DNA of 64,000 nucleotides from a virus, in IMG/VR virus record IMGVR_UViG_3300049847_000416, positions 31,141-95,140 of that record. One strand, given 5' to 3'. A program made the translations under genes and the position numbers. This document shows positions 29,236 to 38,627 of the stretch, piece after piece (within the stretch, counting starts at the first letter, position 1; every line of letters begins with the position of its first letter). The notes under the pieces were generated by a model that had not been told where the DNA came from, searched no databases, and was given only the letters and a program-made list of their open reading frames with translations.

Positions 29236-29265
29236 AAAGAATTGGACCAAGGATGTCCTTGGTCC
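29236..29265 (-). terminator. intrinsic terminator
   Basis: GGACCAAGGA/TCCTTGGTCC stem followed by AATTCTTTT. Confidence 0.65.
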
Positions 29266-29476
29266 GTGGAGATAAACTACTTAGGTCAGTTGAAACCGCC
29301 GACGGGGTCATCCCGCATTACCCCAGGCTTGTGGGGGGTTTCTTTGAACTTACAGCGGTTCGAATGGGGCAGGAAGATGTGGTCGGTTTTCTGGGATAGA
29401 GGTTGATACCTCGCATGTTCCAGTAGAATCCGGTTAGTAAGACCCTGCCCACTCGACACTTTCAGTATAGCACGTT

Positions 29477-30118
29477 CTAGAGCAGCGAAATGCGGTAGTG
29501 CTTCACTTCCGTGGCGATCTTATCCCGCTTGAGCGCGTCCACGTCGGCTTTGAGCTTGGAGATCGTCTCATAGTCAGCTAGCGCTTGTTTCGCGTAGGCT
29601 GTGCAATGCGTACGCAAAGAGTGGATCTGTTGACGGAGCGTCTGGGCGTCCAGCACGTCGGTTTGCCACGACTTCCACCGTTGGACCTCCTCGTGGAGAG
29701 CCGCGTTTTCGGTCATGTACGACTGCAAAGACTTGGTCTTGCGGTCTCCTTCCGCGCTTAGCGTTTCCCGTGCGTCTTGTTCCCGGCGTAACTGCTGCTT
29801 GAGGGAGGCGATTTGAGCGTCCTTCATAACAATGGCCTCGCAGAGTTCCTTTTCTGTCTCAGCGTTACCCTCGTTCAGGTGCTTCTGTGCAAGTAATTGC
29901 CGCGTCAGGTCCTCCACCTCGGCACTGCTTTTGGCAAGCTTCTGCTGGAGTTCCTGCTCGGCTGCCTCCTCGCGGTTTGCGGCGGTCTTCCAGGACTCTA
30001 CCAGGGCTTCCCAGCGCCAAGTCTCTTGGTGCAGGCCCTGAATGGTGTCAGTTTGGCGCTGGGCTACACCTTTCCAGTAATCACGCTCTTGTTGGATGGA
30101 ATCGTTAAGTGATGGCAT
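29477..30118 (-). CDS. coiled-coil protein, leaderless
   Basis: heptad-rich; TATACT 6 nt before ATG 30118. Confidence 0.7.
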   Translation of the reverse strand: MPSLNDSIQQERDYWKGVAQRQTDTIQGLHQETWRWEALVESWKTAANREEAAEQELQQKLAKSSAEVEDLTRQLLAQKHLNEGNAETEKELCEAIVMKDAQIASLKQQLRREQDARETLSAEGDRKTKSLQSYMTENAALHEEVQRWKSWQTDVLDAQTLRQQIHSLRTHCTAYAKQALADYETISKLKADVDALKRDKIATEVKHYRISLL

Positions 30119-30161
30119 GCTCTTAGTATACGAGGAAGCGTGACAAGTTTGCAAGCCTTTT

Positions 30162-30974
30162 CTACAGCGGAGAAATTTTCCGCAACTGTTCCAACACCGC
30201 CCACAGCCCGTGCCGCTCACGAAAGGCCACTGGCATTGGCACGCGGGATCCGAAAGCGGTAGTCCGCGCGTAAGTCAAGTACCGCATGCACCAGCTTCGC
30301 GTCCTTACAGGCATTGAAATTTTATGCTGGCTGATCAAGGAATCCAATTCCAGCCAGTCTAGCGGCATGTCGTTGTTCCATTTCTCCCGAGCTTCAGCGT
30401 ACGCTTGATTGCGTTGTTTCCGGTGCAGCACCCGCATCTTCCGCTCAAACCCAATTGACTTCACCCGTTTATTGGTCGGGAGAGCAGCATTCCGGTCCCG
30501 GATCCATTCTTCCGGGTTCTCCCACAGATGCAGCAACCAGGTCTTGTAGAGAGTCAGTTCGTCCTTGGTGACTTTTTCCGGCATTGGAAACCAACCAATC
30601 ACACCGTCGGCGATCTCGATGAACCGGCTGTCCTTGAGCATCTCCCCTGTTCTCCTGTGATTTGGTGGCTTCCAGTAATCTGGCATAGGCCAGGAATCCG
30701 TGGTTTTCTCCAGCTTCCAGAGCTTCATCCCATGCAGCTTACTTCTGACCAATGAGAGATCAGTCTTGCTGACTGTGCGAACATCCACGTACAGAGCTTC
30801 AGCCTGCTTCGATATAACTGGAAGAACGACTTTCAGAAGATCAGATTGCTTGATTTCCAGGAGTTTGTCAACGATCTGAGAAACCAGGCTTTCATCGAAT
30901 GAAAGAACGGGTGAAATTTCAGATGGCTGTGACTTTGGTGTTTCATGATGAGTCTGACGAGTAGATGGTTTCAT
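30162..30974 (-). CDS. hypothetical protein (possibly replication-related)
   Basis: 270-aa ORF next to repeat-rich divergence region; no motif recognised. Confidence 0.6.
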   Translation of the reverse strand: MKPSTRQTHHETPKSQPSEISPVLSFDESLVSQIVDKLLEIKQSDLLKVVLPVISKQAEALYVDVRTVSKTDLSLVRSKLHGMKLWKLEKTTDSWPMPDYWKPPNHRRTGEMLKDSRFIEIADGVIGWFPMPEKVTKDELTLYKTWLLHLWENPEEWIRDRNAALPTNKRVKSIGFERKMRVLHRKQRNQAYAEAREKWNNDMPLDWLELDSLISQHKISMPVRTRSWCMRYLTYARTTAFGSRVPMPVAFRERHGLWAVLEQLRKISPL

Positions 30975-31221
30975 GGTTAGATCAATGAATGGGTGAAATT
31001 TCAGATGTCAGTGATAGCTGTGATTTAAGTTGGGACTGTGTCCTTTGATCATGGAATGCTGATCTCTTCGAGATCAGATTCTGCTGATCGGAGATCTCTT
31101 CGAGATCTCTTTGAAGAGATGGAGCTATCCTTAAACCCATCTATCAGTCTCACGTCTAGCCATCCAGGTGTTCAGCCATCCAGCAGCCAGACGGGAAGGA
31201 GTTTGACCGCTCATGAACGGG

Positions 31222-31691
31222 AAAAGGGCATGGGAATAGCCTAGGAGTAGCATCAGAATGGTTAGATTCTTAACACTAAACCCAGACTATTCCCATGCCC
31301 CTCTCACTTCTACAAAGTACCTTGGACTTGACCAGCCCAAGTTACGATGAATGAGGGTGAAACGTTCTCGACCCGGCGTCACGTGGAGTCATTGGAAGAG
31401 CCGCTGAACACCATCGCTGGCCCAGGCTGGTTGGTCTCCTGCTTGCGCAAGAATCGAACCAGTTGGTCCTGTTTGAGTCTTTAGACCTATCACCCCCATC
31501 GGTTGCCCGAATCGTGTGTAGGAAGATGCCCCGTCGTTCCAATTATCTTGAGTGGGTGCTGCTCAGCATCATTGCCCATGGTATGGACCATCCCGTCTCC
31601 AGGACAACCCACCGGGGAATCTCACCCCGACAGCGCTTGCGTACATCTCAGCCCACCGCCATCGTTTTATATGCCGACCCAGTGAACCTAC
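31222..31691 (-). ncRNA. candidate large structured ncRNA (~470 nt)
   Basis: own sigma70 promoter, three GNRA-capped stems, long-range helix, terminal hairpin plus U-tract, no convincing ORF. Confidence 0.6.
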
Positions 31692-31697
31692 ATACAC

Positions 31698-31726
31698 AGT
31701 ATCTCACATTTCAGGATTTCTGTCAA
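31698..31726 (-). promoter_or_regulatory. leftward sigma70 promoter
   Basis: TTGACA-17-GATACT. Confidence 0.8.
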
Positions 31727-31764
31727 GCCCTCGTGCAAAGAAACCTTAGGGAGCTATTTTCTGC

Positions 31765-31793
31765 TTGCGTCTGTGGCCTACATCTGGCATGAT
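31765..31793 (+). promoter_or_regulatory. rightward sigma70 promoter (leaderless mRNA)
   Basis: TTGCGT-17-CATGAT, ATG 6 nt downstream. Confidence 0.65.
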
Positions 31794-31799
31794 TGACTT

Positions 31800-32096
31800 A
31801 TGAACTTGGACAACTTCCAGAAAGTGCTAGACCAGATCGAAGCACATCCTGAGACTTGGGAGCAAGCAGTTTGGCATACGTCCTGCGGGACGGCTCACTG
31901 TTTTGCCGGCTGGGCTCAGCTTCTCGCTGGGGACGAAATGTCAGAAGATGCCGTTGCAGATGACGCGATCCGGTTTCTGGACTGCACCGAGGATGAAGCA
32001 GACTACCTGTTCGAGCCCGAGCGCACCCTGGCGGACTTCCGGCACGTTCTCCAAACGGGAACGGTCCCAGGCTACGGATGGGGCGATGAGTCTTAA
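31800..32096 (+). CDS. Cys-motif phage protein (CGTxxCxAG family, distant member)
   Basis: 'SCGTAHCFAGWA'. Confidence 0.75.
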   Translation: MNLDNFQKVLDQIEAHPETWEQAVWHTSCGTAHCFAGWAQLLAGDEMSEDAVADDAIRFLDCTEDEADYLFEPERTLADFRHVLQTGTVPGYGWGDES

Positions 32097-33117
32097 GCGC
32101 AAGGCGGCAAACACCACCACCACCGCCGCCGCCGCGTGGCCCGAGCCGGCAGCCATTGCTACGTGGATGCGGGCTCGCGTGGCTGGGCAAGACGAAGCTA
32201 TCGACATTCTCGCCAATTACGTACACATGTACATGGCGGGATTGAACCCAGACCACCGCCCAGTGGGAGTCATACTCCTGCTTGGAGTATCAGGTTCCGG
32301 CAAAACTCACCTCGTGAAAACCCTGGCGCACGCCATTCACCGGGATCCTCGAAAAATGCTGTACATTAACTGCGGGGAATACACAGCAGGACACGAAGTG
32401 GCGCGCTTGATAGGAGCGCCTCCGGGTTACTTGGGCCACAGAGAGACCCAGCCACTGCTCACCCAATCCGTCCTGAACGGACTCACTACGGAGCACAGTT
32501 CGCTCCAAATCGTGCTGTTAGACGAAGTGGAGAAAGCGCACCCGAAGTTTCATCAAGCTTGGCTGAGTCCGTTTGATGAAGCACGGTTACAACTTGGTGA
32601 CGGTGCTATCACGAACTTTCAACACACCTTGTTTGTGCTCACGTCAAATCTCGGGTCTAGAGCCTTGCAACAGCGGTTCACGGCATACTCCCCCTTTGAC
32701 TCAGTAGAACGGGTGGTAACCCCGGCCAAGTTTGGGGCCACCGTGGTGGGAAAGGAATTTCCACCGGAGTGGATAAACAGGCTGGACGAAACCATCACGT
32801 GCAACGTGTTGGGCCGACCGCAGTATGAGCAGATCCTGACTCTAGAACTCCGGGCTGTTGAAGCGCAACTCAAACGCCGGAGTGCAAATTTTGTGCTTAC
32901 CGTGACCCCGGCTGCCCGCGAACAGCTACTGGAAGAGGGCATCCACCCGGCTTTTGGGGCACGTCCTCTGAAGCGAGTGCTCAAGCGCCGCATTCTTCAG
33001 GCCCTGGCGCAGAAATACGTCCAGGGAACCTTGACTCCTGGCTGGCCAATAACTTTGGACTACGACCAAGAATTCAGTGTACGATACAGCAGTGCGGTAA
33101 AAAGGACAACAGCATGA
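32086..33117 (+). CDS. ClpB/ClpA-like AAA+ ATPase, single (D2) domain
   Basis: 'VAGQDEA', 'GVSGSGKT', 'LIGAPPGYLGH', 'LLDEVEKAH', 'PPEWINRLD', 'GARPLKR'. Confidence 0.92.
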   Translation: MSLKRKAANTTTTAAAAWPEPAAIATWMRARVAGQDEAIDILANYVHMYMAGLNPDHRPVGVILLLGVSGSGKTHLVKTLAHAIHRDPRKMLYINCGEYTAGHEVARLIGAPPGYLGHRETQPLLTQSVLNGLTTEHSSLQIVLLDEVEKAHPKFHQAWLSPFDEARLQLGDGAITNFQHTLFVLTSNLGSRALQQRFTAYSPFDSVERVVTPAKFGATVVGKEFPPEWINRLDETITCNVLGRPQYEQILTLELRAVEAQLKRRSANFVLTVTPAAREQLLEEGIHPAFGARPLKRVLKRRILQALAQKYVQGTLTPGWPITLDYDQEFSVRYSSAVKRTTA

Positions 33118-33332
33118 CAGACACACAACGGAAGATTGTTCGTACTCGCGTTAGTGAGTTAGTCGCCGGCGACACAATCGTGGTAGGCAACCACACAGAC
33201 ATGACAGCGGAAATCACCCAGATCATTTCAACCGCGAAAAATCCACAGGTGACGATCATCTTGGGCAGTACGCGCGTGTCAATGATGCGGGGAGCAGTCG
33301 TTTCGAGGTTGGCGTGGCCGAACGAAAACTAA
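33114..33332 (+). CDS. hypothetical protein
   Basis: ATGA coupling. Confidence 0.6.
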   Translation: MTDTQRKIVRTRVSELVAGDTIVVGNHTDMTAEITQIISTAKNPQVTIILGSTRVSMMRGAVVSRLAWPNEN

Positions 33333-33468
33333 CCGTCGCACAAGCAAAGAAGTCCACCGGGAAGAAAAAGCTCGCGTACGTCGAAGACGTGGACGACTAC
33401 ACAACCGGCTACCTCATCTCGGATGAAGCTCCCGAAATGGACGGGCTTCTGGACTGGGATGACCTGAC

Positions 33469-33930
33469 ATGAAAAAACTGCGTGGAGTGATTACTAACGT
33501 TTTGCGACCAAACCTGCGCATAGTGACCTCCATCGTGAAGCTGCCGCCGGCTGTGCCCTTGGCCTTGTTGAAAAAAGTAAGTGGTCTCAGGGTAGACCAG
33601 CCAGTGGACGAAGCCTACAGCTTGTCCAACCGCGTAAACTGGGTGTGCTGTAATGGGCACGTTCCCGCACACAAGGACACAAACTTGATGCCCTGGGTGC
33701 TGCTTTTGTGCGTCTACAACGAGGGTGTGGCTATCGAATCCAAGGGCGTCAAGCTCACTCCCACACCGGGAGACCTCGTTGCACTCAAGAGTGCAACGGT
33801 GACCCACTGGACTTCGGGGGGTGACCACAAAGCTGTTTTTCTGGCCTATGAAGACTGCGATGTTGACGACGACACAGCAGAAGCGGAGTTCCTGAAAGCC
33901 ACCGAGGGGGTATACGCGTGCAAGTTCTAA
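33469..33930 (+). CDS. cupin/2OG-Fe(II) oxygenase-like protein
   Basis: HxD 'PAHKD', 'PGDLVAL', distal H in 'VTHWT'. Confidence 0.55.
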   Translation: MKKLRGVITNVLRPNLRIVTSIVKLPPAVPLALLKKVSGLRVDQPVDEAYSLSNRVNWVCCNGHVPAHKDTNLMPWVLLLCVYNEGVAIESKGVKLTPTPGDLVALKSATVTHWTSGGDHKAVFLAYEDCDVDDDTAEAEFLKATEGVYACKF

Positions 33931-34685
33931 CCCCCGAGGGGTGGAGAGAACCAGCCCCTGGCCAATTCATCCTTGGTCTGGATCACGCCCGACGGTATAC
34001 CACCAAAGCCATAACGAGGGTGGTTACATTACCAGATCAACCGGTGGCCCTGGTTCGGTCCACCTACATCCACGCCAACATTCCGCCAGAGTGGCGGGTA
34101 TACGCCACCAACCATATTGGTGGTGGAGAAATCGTTGAGGCTGCCGGTTGGCTGACAAACATTCATGGCGTCAGCAACTACGCTCAGGTACATCATGCAG
34201 TAACGGGTTGGGAGCCGAGTTCTCTGCAACGATTCAGCAACTTGCGCAGCGCCAAGTTTCTGCATGACTTCCATCCGGCGAGCGCAACATGCTCCTACCG
34301 GGATCTCCGCACTGAGGCGGCAGACACCGCCGCTACGGCAGCTACGCTATTTGGATACAAGGTCGCCTTGGCAGAGCGACCTGGCGGAAAATTTCGGGTA
34401 AGCATCATGCTCCCCTCCCACTCGGCATGGGTCAAGCCTCAAGTGCGGCTACTCCCAGCCATGATGGAAGTGCAGATACCCATCGTCCCAGAAGGTGGGT
34501 ACTTCATCGCACGGTGGGACGATCAGGCACCGATATTTGTAGCTCCGACGCGGGTTACGTCCAATTTGACCTTCCGGCCTGTCCCCTACGATCTGCCAAG
34601 GGACGTGGAAGACGCACATGCAGCCCGGCTGCGGAAAGCCATGAAACAACGCCGGAAGGCACGAGAAGAGGAAGACGATGTATAA
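33918..34685 (+). CDS. degenerate intein-like (Hint) protein
   Basis: 'VLTPEGW', 'IPPEWRVY', 'IPIVPEGGYFIAR' resemble Hint blocks without catalytic residues. Confidence 0.5.
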   Translation: MQVLTPEGWREPAPGQFILGLDHARRYTTKAITRVVTLPDQPVALVRSTYIHANIPPEWRVYATNHIGGGEIVEAAGWLTNIHGVSNYAQVHHAVTGWEPSSLQRFSNLRSAKFLHDFHPASATCSYRDLRTEAADTAATAATLFGYKVALAERPGGKFRVSIMLPSHSAWVKPQVRLLPAMMEVQIPIVPEGGYFIARWDDQAPIFVAPTRVTSNLTFRPVPYDLPRDVEDAHAARLRKAMKQRRKAREEEDDV

Positions 34686-34808
34686 GTGTCAGCGCTGCGG
34701 AAACATCCGTGATTGGAGAGAGGCAACCTAGTGTGTGATTACTGCACCGCTACACTAGTCACGCAAACCCTATTGACACATCCAGTCATACCGGTTACTA
34801 TGGACTTC

Positions 34809-35363
34809 ATGAAGCGTTTTACGCCCACAGTGGGCACCAAATCCGTGTTGTTCGGCGTCCACGCCTTTTGGATTCATCCCGTCCTGACCGCCATCGCATG
34901 GTGGAAGCTCTACGGCTTCCCGTGGGATCCCCGCCTGTGGGCCTGCTTCTTCCTGCACGACATTGGCTATTGGGGAAAGCCGAATATGAATGGCCCCGAG
35001 GGGGAAACGCATCCCGTCCTGGGTGCAAAGATAGTGGGCTGGTTGTTCGGCCCAGACTGGGAAGAGTTTTGCGTAACCCACAGTCGGCACTACGCGAAAA
35101 AGATGGGGAAGCGGATTTCTCCCCTCGCGATTGCTGACAAGTATGTCCAAGTCATCGAGCCCAGTTGGCTCTATATCCCACGTGCAGTTCTCTCCGGGGA
35201 GATGGATGAGTATCTGACGGCTGCGGCGAATCAAGACACATCCCCCAATATCATCCTCCGAAATATGCGGTGGGCTGGCCGAATGCGCAGCGCAAAACTG
35301 TGGCATCAATGCCTGAGAGCCTACATGACTGAGTGGGTCGCCCAGCACAAGGATGGTGTTTGA
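34809..35363 (+). CDS. HD-domain-like protein
   Basis: 'H...LHDIG...H...H...ADK'; leaderless after TTGACA-17-TACTAT. Confidence 0.65.
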   Translation: MKRFTPTVGTKSVLFGVHAFWIHPVLTAIAWWKLYGFPWDPRLWACFFLHDIGYWGKPNMNGPEGETHPVLGAKIVGWLFGPDWEEFCVTHSRHYAKKMGKRISPLAIADKYVQVIEPSWLYIPRAVLSGEMDEYLTAAANQDTSPNIILRNMRWAGRMRSAKLWHQCLRAYMTEWVAQHKDGV

Positions 35364-35739
35364 GTGGGCGCATATCAAGGGCTGTCAGGAACCTACCTGC
35401 GCAATAAAACGATCCAGCAGGGCGCAGTAACTGTTACGGAACCTATCGTGGTCGGGCAGCAGTACCGGCATCGTGTAACGGGCCGGCTGCGGCGAGTTAC
35501 GCGGATTACGCCGACGAAAATTTCTCTGCGGGGCGGTTTGTCCGCAACCGTCATTCGTACTGCTCTATTCATTCGTACGTACGAGTTAGCATGACGCCTT
35601 GGCTCAAACTGGCCGAGAAGTACCAGAAACAGGGCATGTGGAAAGAAATGACGTTTTACCTACGCCTCATAGAGGCTGAAAACGCGTGGGAACAGATGCA
35701 ACAACAGCCGCAGACACCGTCGAGAAAGGACGAAGAATA

Positions 35740-36399
35740 GTGAAAGACTTCAACTTGGCCAATGAGATACCACGGGTGCAGGCCGTCAATGCCCGTTGGT
35801 GGCGGGATCCCGCCACGGGAGCCCCCAAACGGCGGTCACCTGGTAGCGTGTGCGCGTTGGTCGTCTCCGAGTACTCGGAAGCCCTGGAAGGCTACCGCAA
35901 GTCTCTCATGGACGACAAGCTGCCCCAATACCCTGGCTTGGCGGTCGAACTGATTGATGCAGTTATTCGCACAATAGACGTGATCGGAGGATACGCCGCC
36001 GCAGGCACGCGGATGCAGTATGCCCCGAGGGACTTTAGCAGTCCAGGGCCGGATATCATCAACGACCTCTATACGCTGGAGTACCAGCTACATCGCGGTT
36101 TTTTGAACCTGCGGGAACAGACAGACCGCTCCCTGGGCGAATCCGGCCTTGACGTGGCTCGTGAACTGTATCGCCTTGGCCTGGATACGCAAAACTTCGT
36201 CGTCATGCACGACGGCGAAGAGTTGATAATTGACGTGCGCGCCTGTATTTCAACCATTGCCTGCACGTTTGCCCTGGCGGCTCATGTACACCCAGAGTTG
36301 GACTTGTTTGCTGTGTACGATGCGAAGATGGCGTACAACGCCCAACGGGTAGACCACACGGATGCGGCCCGACTGGCTGCCGGCGGAAAGAGATTCTAG
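35740..36399 (+). CDS. MazG-like NTP pyrophosphohydrolase
   Basis: 'SEYSEALE..RK...ELIDAVIR', 'KMAYNAQR.DH'. Confidence 0.75.
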   Translation: MKDFNLANEIPRVQAVNARWWRDPATGAPKRRSPGSVCALVVSEYSEALEGYRKSLMDDKLPQYPGLAVELIDAVIRTIDVIGGYAAAGTRMQYAPRDFSSPGPDIINDLYTLEYQLHRGFLNLREQTDRSLGESGLDVARELYRLGLDTQNFVVMHDGEELIIDVRACISTIACTFALAAHVHPELDLFAVYDAKMAYNAQRVDHTDAARLAAGGKRF

Positions 36400-36400
36400 C

Positions 36401-36688
36401 ATGTCTGAGATTGACGAACTAGACGGGATGCTCAACGCCGCACAGGAAGCTGCTGGGGTAGAGGACCATGAGGCGCTCATGGCGTGGATCCGCGAGCGTG
36501 CGGCTGAGGACCACAAGCCCTTGATTAGCCGTATCTCAGAGGCTGTGCACGGGCACCCGGACGCAGATTTCCTAGGCTTCGATGCACCCCCGCTGGAAGC
36601 CGCAGTCCGCGTTGTGGTCGGAGAGATGCAGGCTTACCGCCGACTCTGTCAGGCTTACGCAGCCGTTGCCACAGCAGGACGGACATGA
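36401..36688 (+). CDS. hypothetical protein
   Basis: ORF in operon. Confidence 0.55.
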   Translation: MSEIDELDGMLNAAQEAAGVEDHEALMAWIRERAAEDHKPLISRISEAVHGHPDADFLGFDAPPLEAAVRVVVGEMQAYRRLCQAYAAVATAGRT

Positions 36689-36921
36689 CCACAATCACCG
36701 TTGCCACACCAACCACGATGATGACCTTTGAGGCTCATGATCTGGTATCACAATACGTCGTCGAGCCCATTGAGGGGGTTCCAGCGAACAACTGCCGTCG
36801 ATTCTCGCCTGGAGATTACATGGACGTTACGTTAACGTTCAAGGTGCGGTTAAACAGAGAGACCGGGCAGTTCGTGGAACAAGTCGAAACTCCGCTGGAT
36901 CCCGAAAACCTGGTATCCTAG
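36685..36921 (+). CDS. hypothetical protein
   Basis: ATGA coupling. Confidence 0.55.
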   Translation: MTTITVATPTTMMTFEAHDLVSQYVVEPIEGVPANNCRRFSPGDYMDVTLTFKVRLNRETGQFVEQVETPLDPENLVS

Positions 36922-36970
36922 TGCGTTCGGCCTATTTACGAAACACGCAAGAAACGAGTACCATCACATC

Positions 36971-37624
36971 ATGGACAATGAAGTAACGCACCCCAGCTTT
37001 GGACTTCTGCGGCTGAGTCGGCTGCATAGCAGTGAGGACACTGCACTATATGGGTCGAACGTCACGCATACGAACTACGTGGTTCTGGAAGTGTGCCACA
37101 GTTCCAAATCAGACTCGCTGTTAAGTCGGCTAACGTCTTACTTTCGGCGGAACTCGTCGATTGTGGAAGTGGCCCTCACTGAATCCCAACTGGCCCAGTT
37201 GCTGACGGCTCCCAACATTGGGGAAGGTGTGCCGTGCACCTTGACGCGGATTAACGGAAAACGCGTTCCTAGTGCGCCGCCCCCAGATGCTTTGGACCGC
37301 TTTACGCGCCAAGAGTTCGTGGGTCTCCTGGCCGAGTGTGAAGAAGCCCTAAAAGCGGCTGCCGAGCGCTTGAGTAGTGCGTTGACGCCCGGTGGAAGTT
37401 GCACCAAGAAAGAGTTGACCGAGATCCTGAAATCGGTAAAAGCAACGCAGTCCAATTTGACGCGTAACATACCATACGTGGCGAAGCAGTTCAGCGACTT
37501 CATCGATGCAACCGTGCTGGACGCCACGTGTTCCATCAATGCCGCCGCACAGCACAACCTGAAGGAAAAAAGTAGTACTTTTTCTGACTTGGATAACGCC
37601 ATCGTCGTCGAGGACCGGACATGA
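36971..37624 (+). CDS. phage hypothetical protein
   Basis: 'HPSFG...LYGS...GEGVPCTL'; leaderless promoter. Confidence 0.7.
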   Translation: MDNEVTHPSFGLLRLSRLHSSEDTALYGSNVTHTNYVVLEVCHSSKSDSLLSRLTSYFRRNSSIVEVALTESQLAQLLTAPNIGEGVPCTLTRINGKRVPSAPPPDALDRFTRQEFVGLLAECEEALKAAAERLSSALTPGGSCTKKELTEILKSVKATQSNLTRNIPYVAKQFSDFIDATVLDATCSINAAAQHNLKEKSSTFSDLDNAIVVEDRT

Positions 37625-37998
37625 AGCTGAAACAGTTTACACAAAAGCACAATAAGCAGGTGGAGCAGGTGGCGCAGGCGGTTTACTGGCGACCTGCCGT
37701 GAAGCTTGACTTGCCACCGCCCACGAAAGGGATGCCCCGGACTTACGGTTGGACGGTTCAAGGCAGTGAAGGACGCTGGTACGTAGAAGCCATGTGGTCC
37801 GAGTCCAACAGGCATGGGTCTGCGGAAGCCTGGGGCGCGCCCAACGTTGAGAGTGGAGGGATCACACTTTACTCCACCAAGTCAAAAGCAATACGCGAAG
37901 TGGCACACCGCGTAGTTAAGACGGCGGGTGTAACGTTGTTTCACTTAGACAAAGCCCTAGCGACCGATAAGGCAGAAAGAAAGGCAAGAAAGAAATGA
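37621..37998 (+). CDS. hypothetical protein
   Basis: ATGA coupling. Confidence 0.6.
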   Translation: MKLKQFTQKHNKQVEQVAQAVYWRPAVKLDLPPPTKGMPRTYGWTVQGSEGRWYVEAMWSESNRHGSAEAWGAPNVESGGITLYSTKSKAIREVAHRVVKTAGVTLFHLDKALATDKAERKARKK

Positions 37999-38579
37999 AT
38001 TTCACCGACATGCTGGTAAATCTGTTTGGTGCGCCCATTGTAGTCGGGCTCCTCCTGTGGGCGGGGAAAGCCCTCTACGACTGGCGGACAGAGCGGAAAC
38101 TTCGCAAGGAACGGGCCAAAATGGTCCAAGCGTGGATCTGGCACAAAAACACGGAGAAACCAGATTCGCCGTATCAAATGCATCCAGGGTGGCTTCCATC
38201 GGGGCAGGTTCCTAGGGTGGTCCGACCGACCAAGAAGCTGGTGGACAGCGACGTAAACCAGGCAGCCACAATCATGGGATTTCCATACAATCGATTGAGC
38301 GAGAATGACCTGTCAGCTTCAGACAGCCTACTCGTTATGGCGGCACAACGTGAAATGACGCCGCCCAGTGAGCCGATGACTCCCAGTGAGCCGCCGGCTC
38401 CGGTGCCAAACTATGGTGGCGGAGATTCCGGTGGTGCTGGTGCCACATACTCCTACGCGGATTCCAGTCCGTCGTACTCCTCGGACTCCAGTTCGTCGTA
38501 CTCTCCCTGTGACTCCGGTTCCTCCTACGATTCTGGTTCGTCGTCGTTCGATTCCGGTTCTTCCTGTTCTTTCGATTAG
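37995..38579 (+). CDS. membrane-anchored protein with Ser/Gly/Asp-rich tail
   Basis: N-terminal TM, 'GGGDSGGAG...SSYDSGSSSFDSGSS'. Confidence 0.7.
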   Translation: MNFTDMLVNLFGAPIVVGLLLWAGKALYDWRTERKLRKERAKMVQAWIWHKNTEKPDSPYQMHPGWLPSGQVPRVVRPTKKLVDSDVNQAATIMGFPYNRLSENDLSASDSLLVMAAQREMTPPSEPMTPSEPPAPVPNYGGGDSGGAGATYSYADSSPSYSSDSSSSYSPCDSGSSYDSGSSSFDSGSSCSFD

Positions 38580-38627
38580 TACGTTCGGTCTATTGCGTGA
38601 GTGCCTAGATTCTGGGATCATAAACAC

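Noticed and set aside
31476-31497. tmRNA, from GGGGGTGATAGG on the minus strand
   Set aside because: No matching acceptor stem, T-loop with CCA end, or tag ORF recognised
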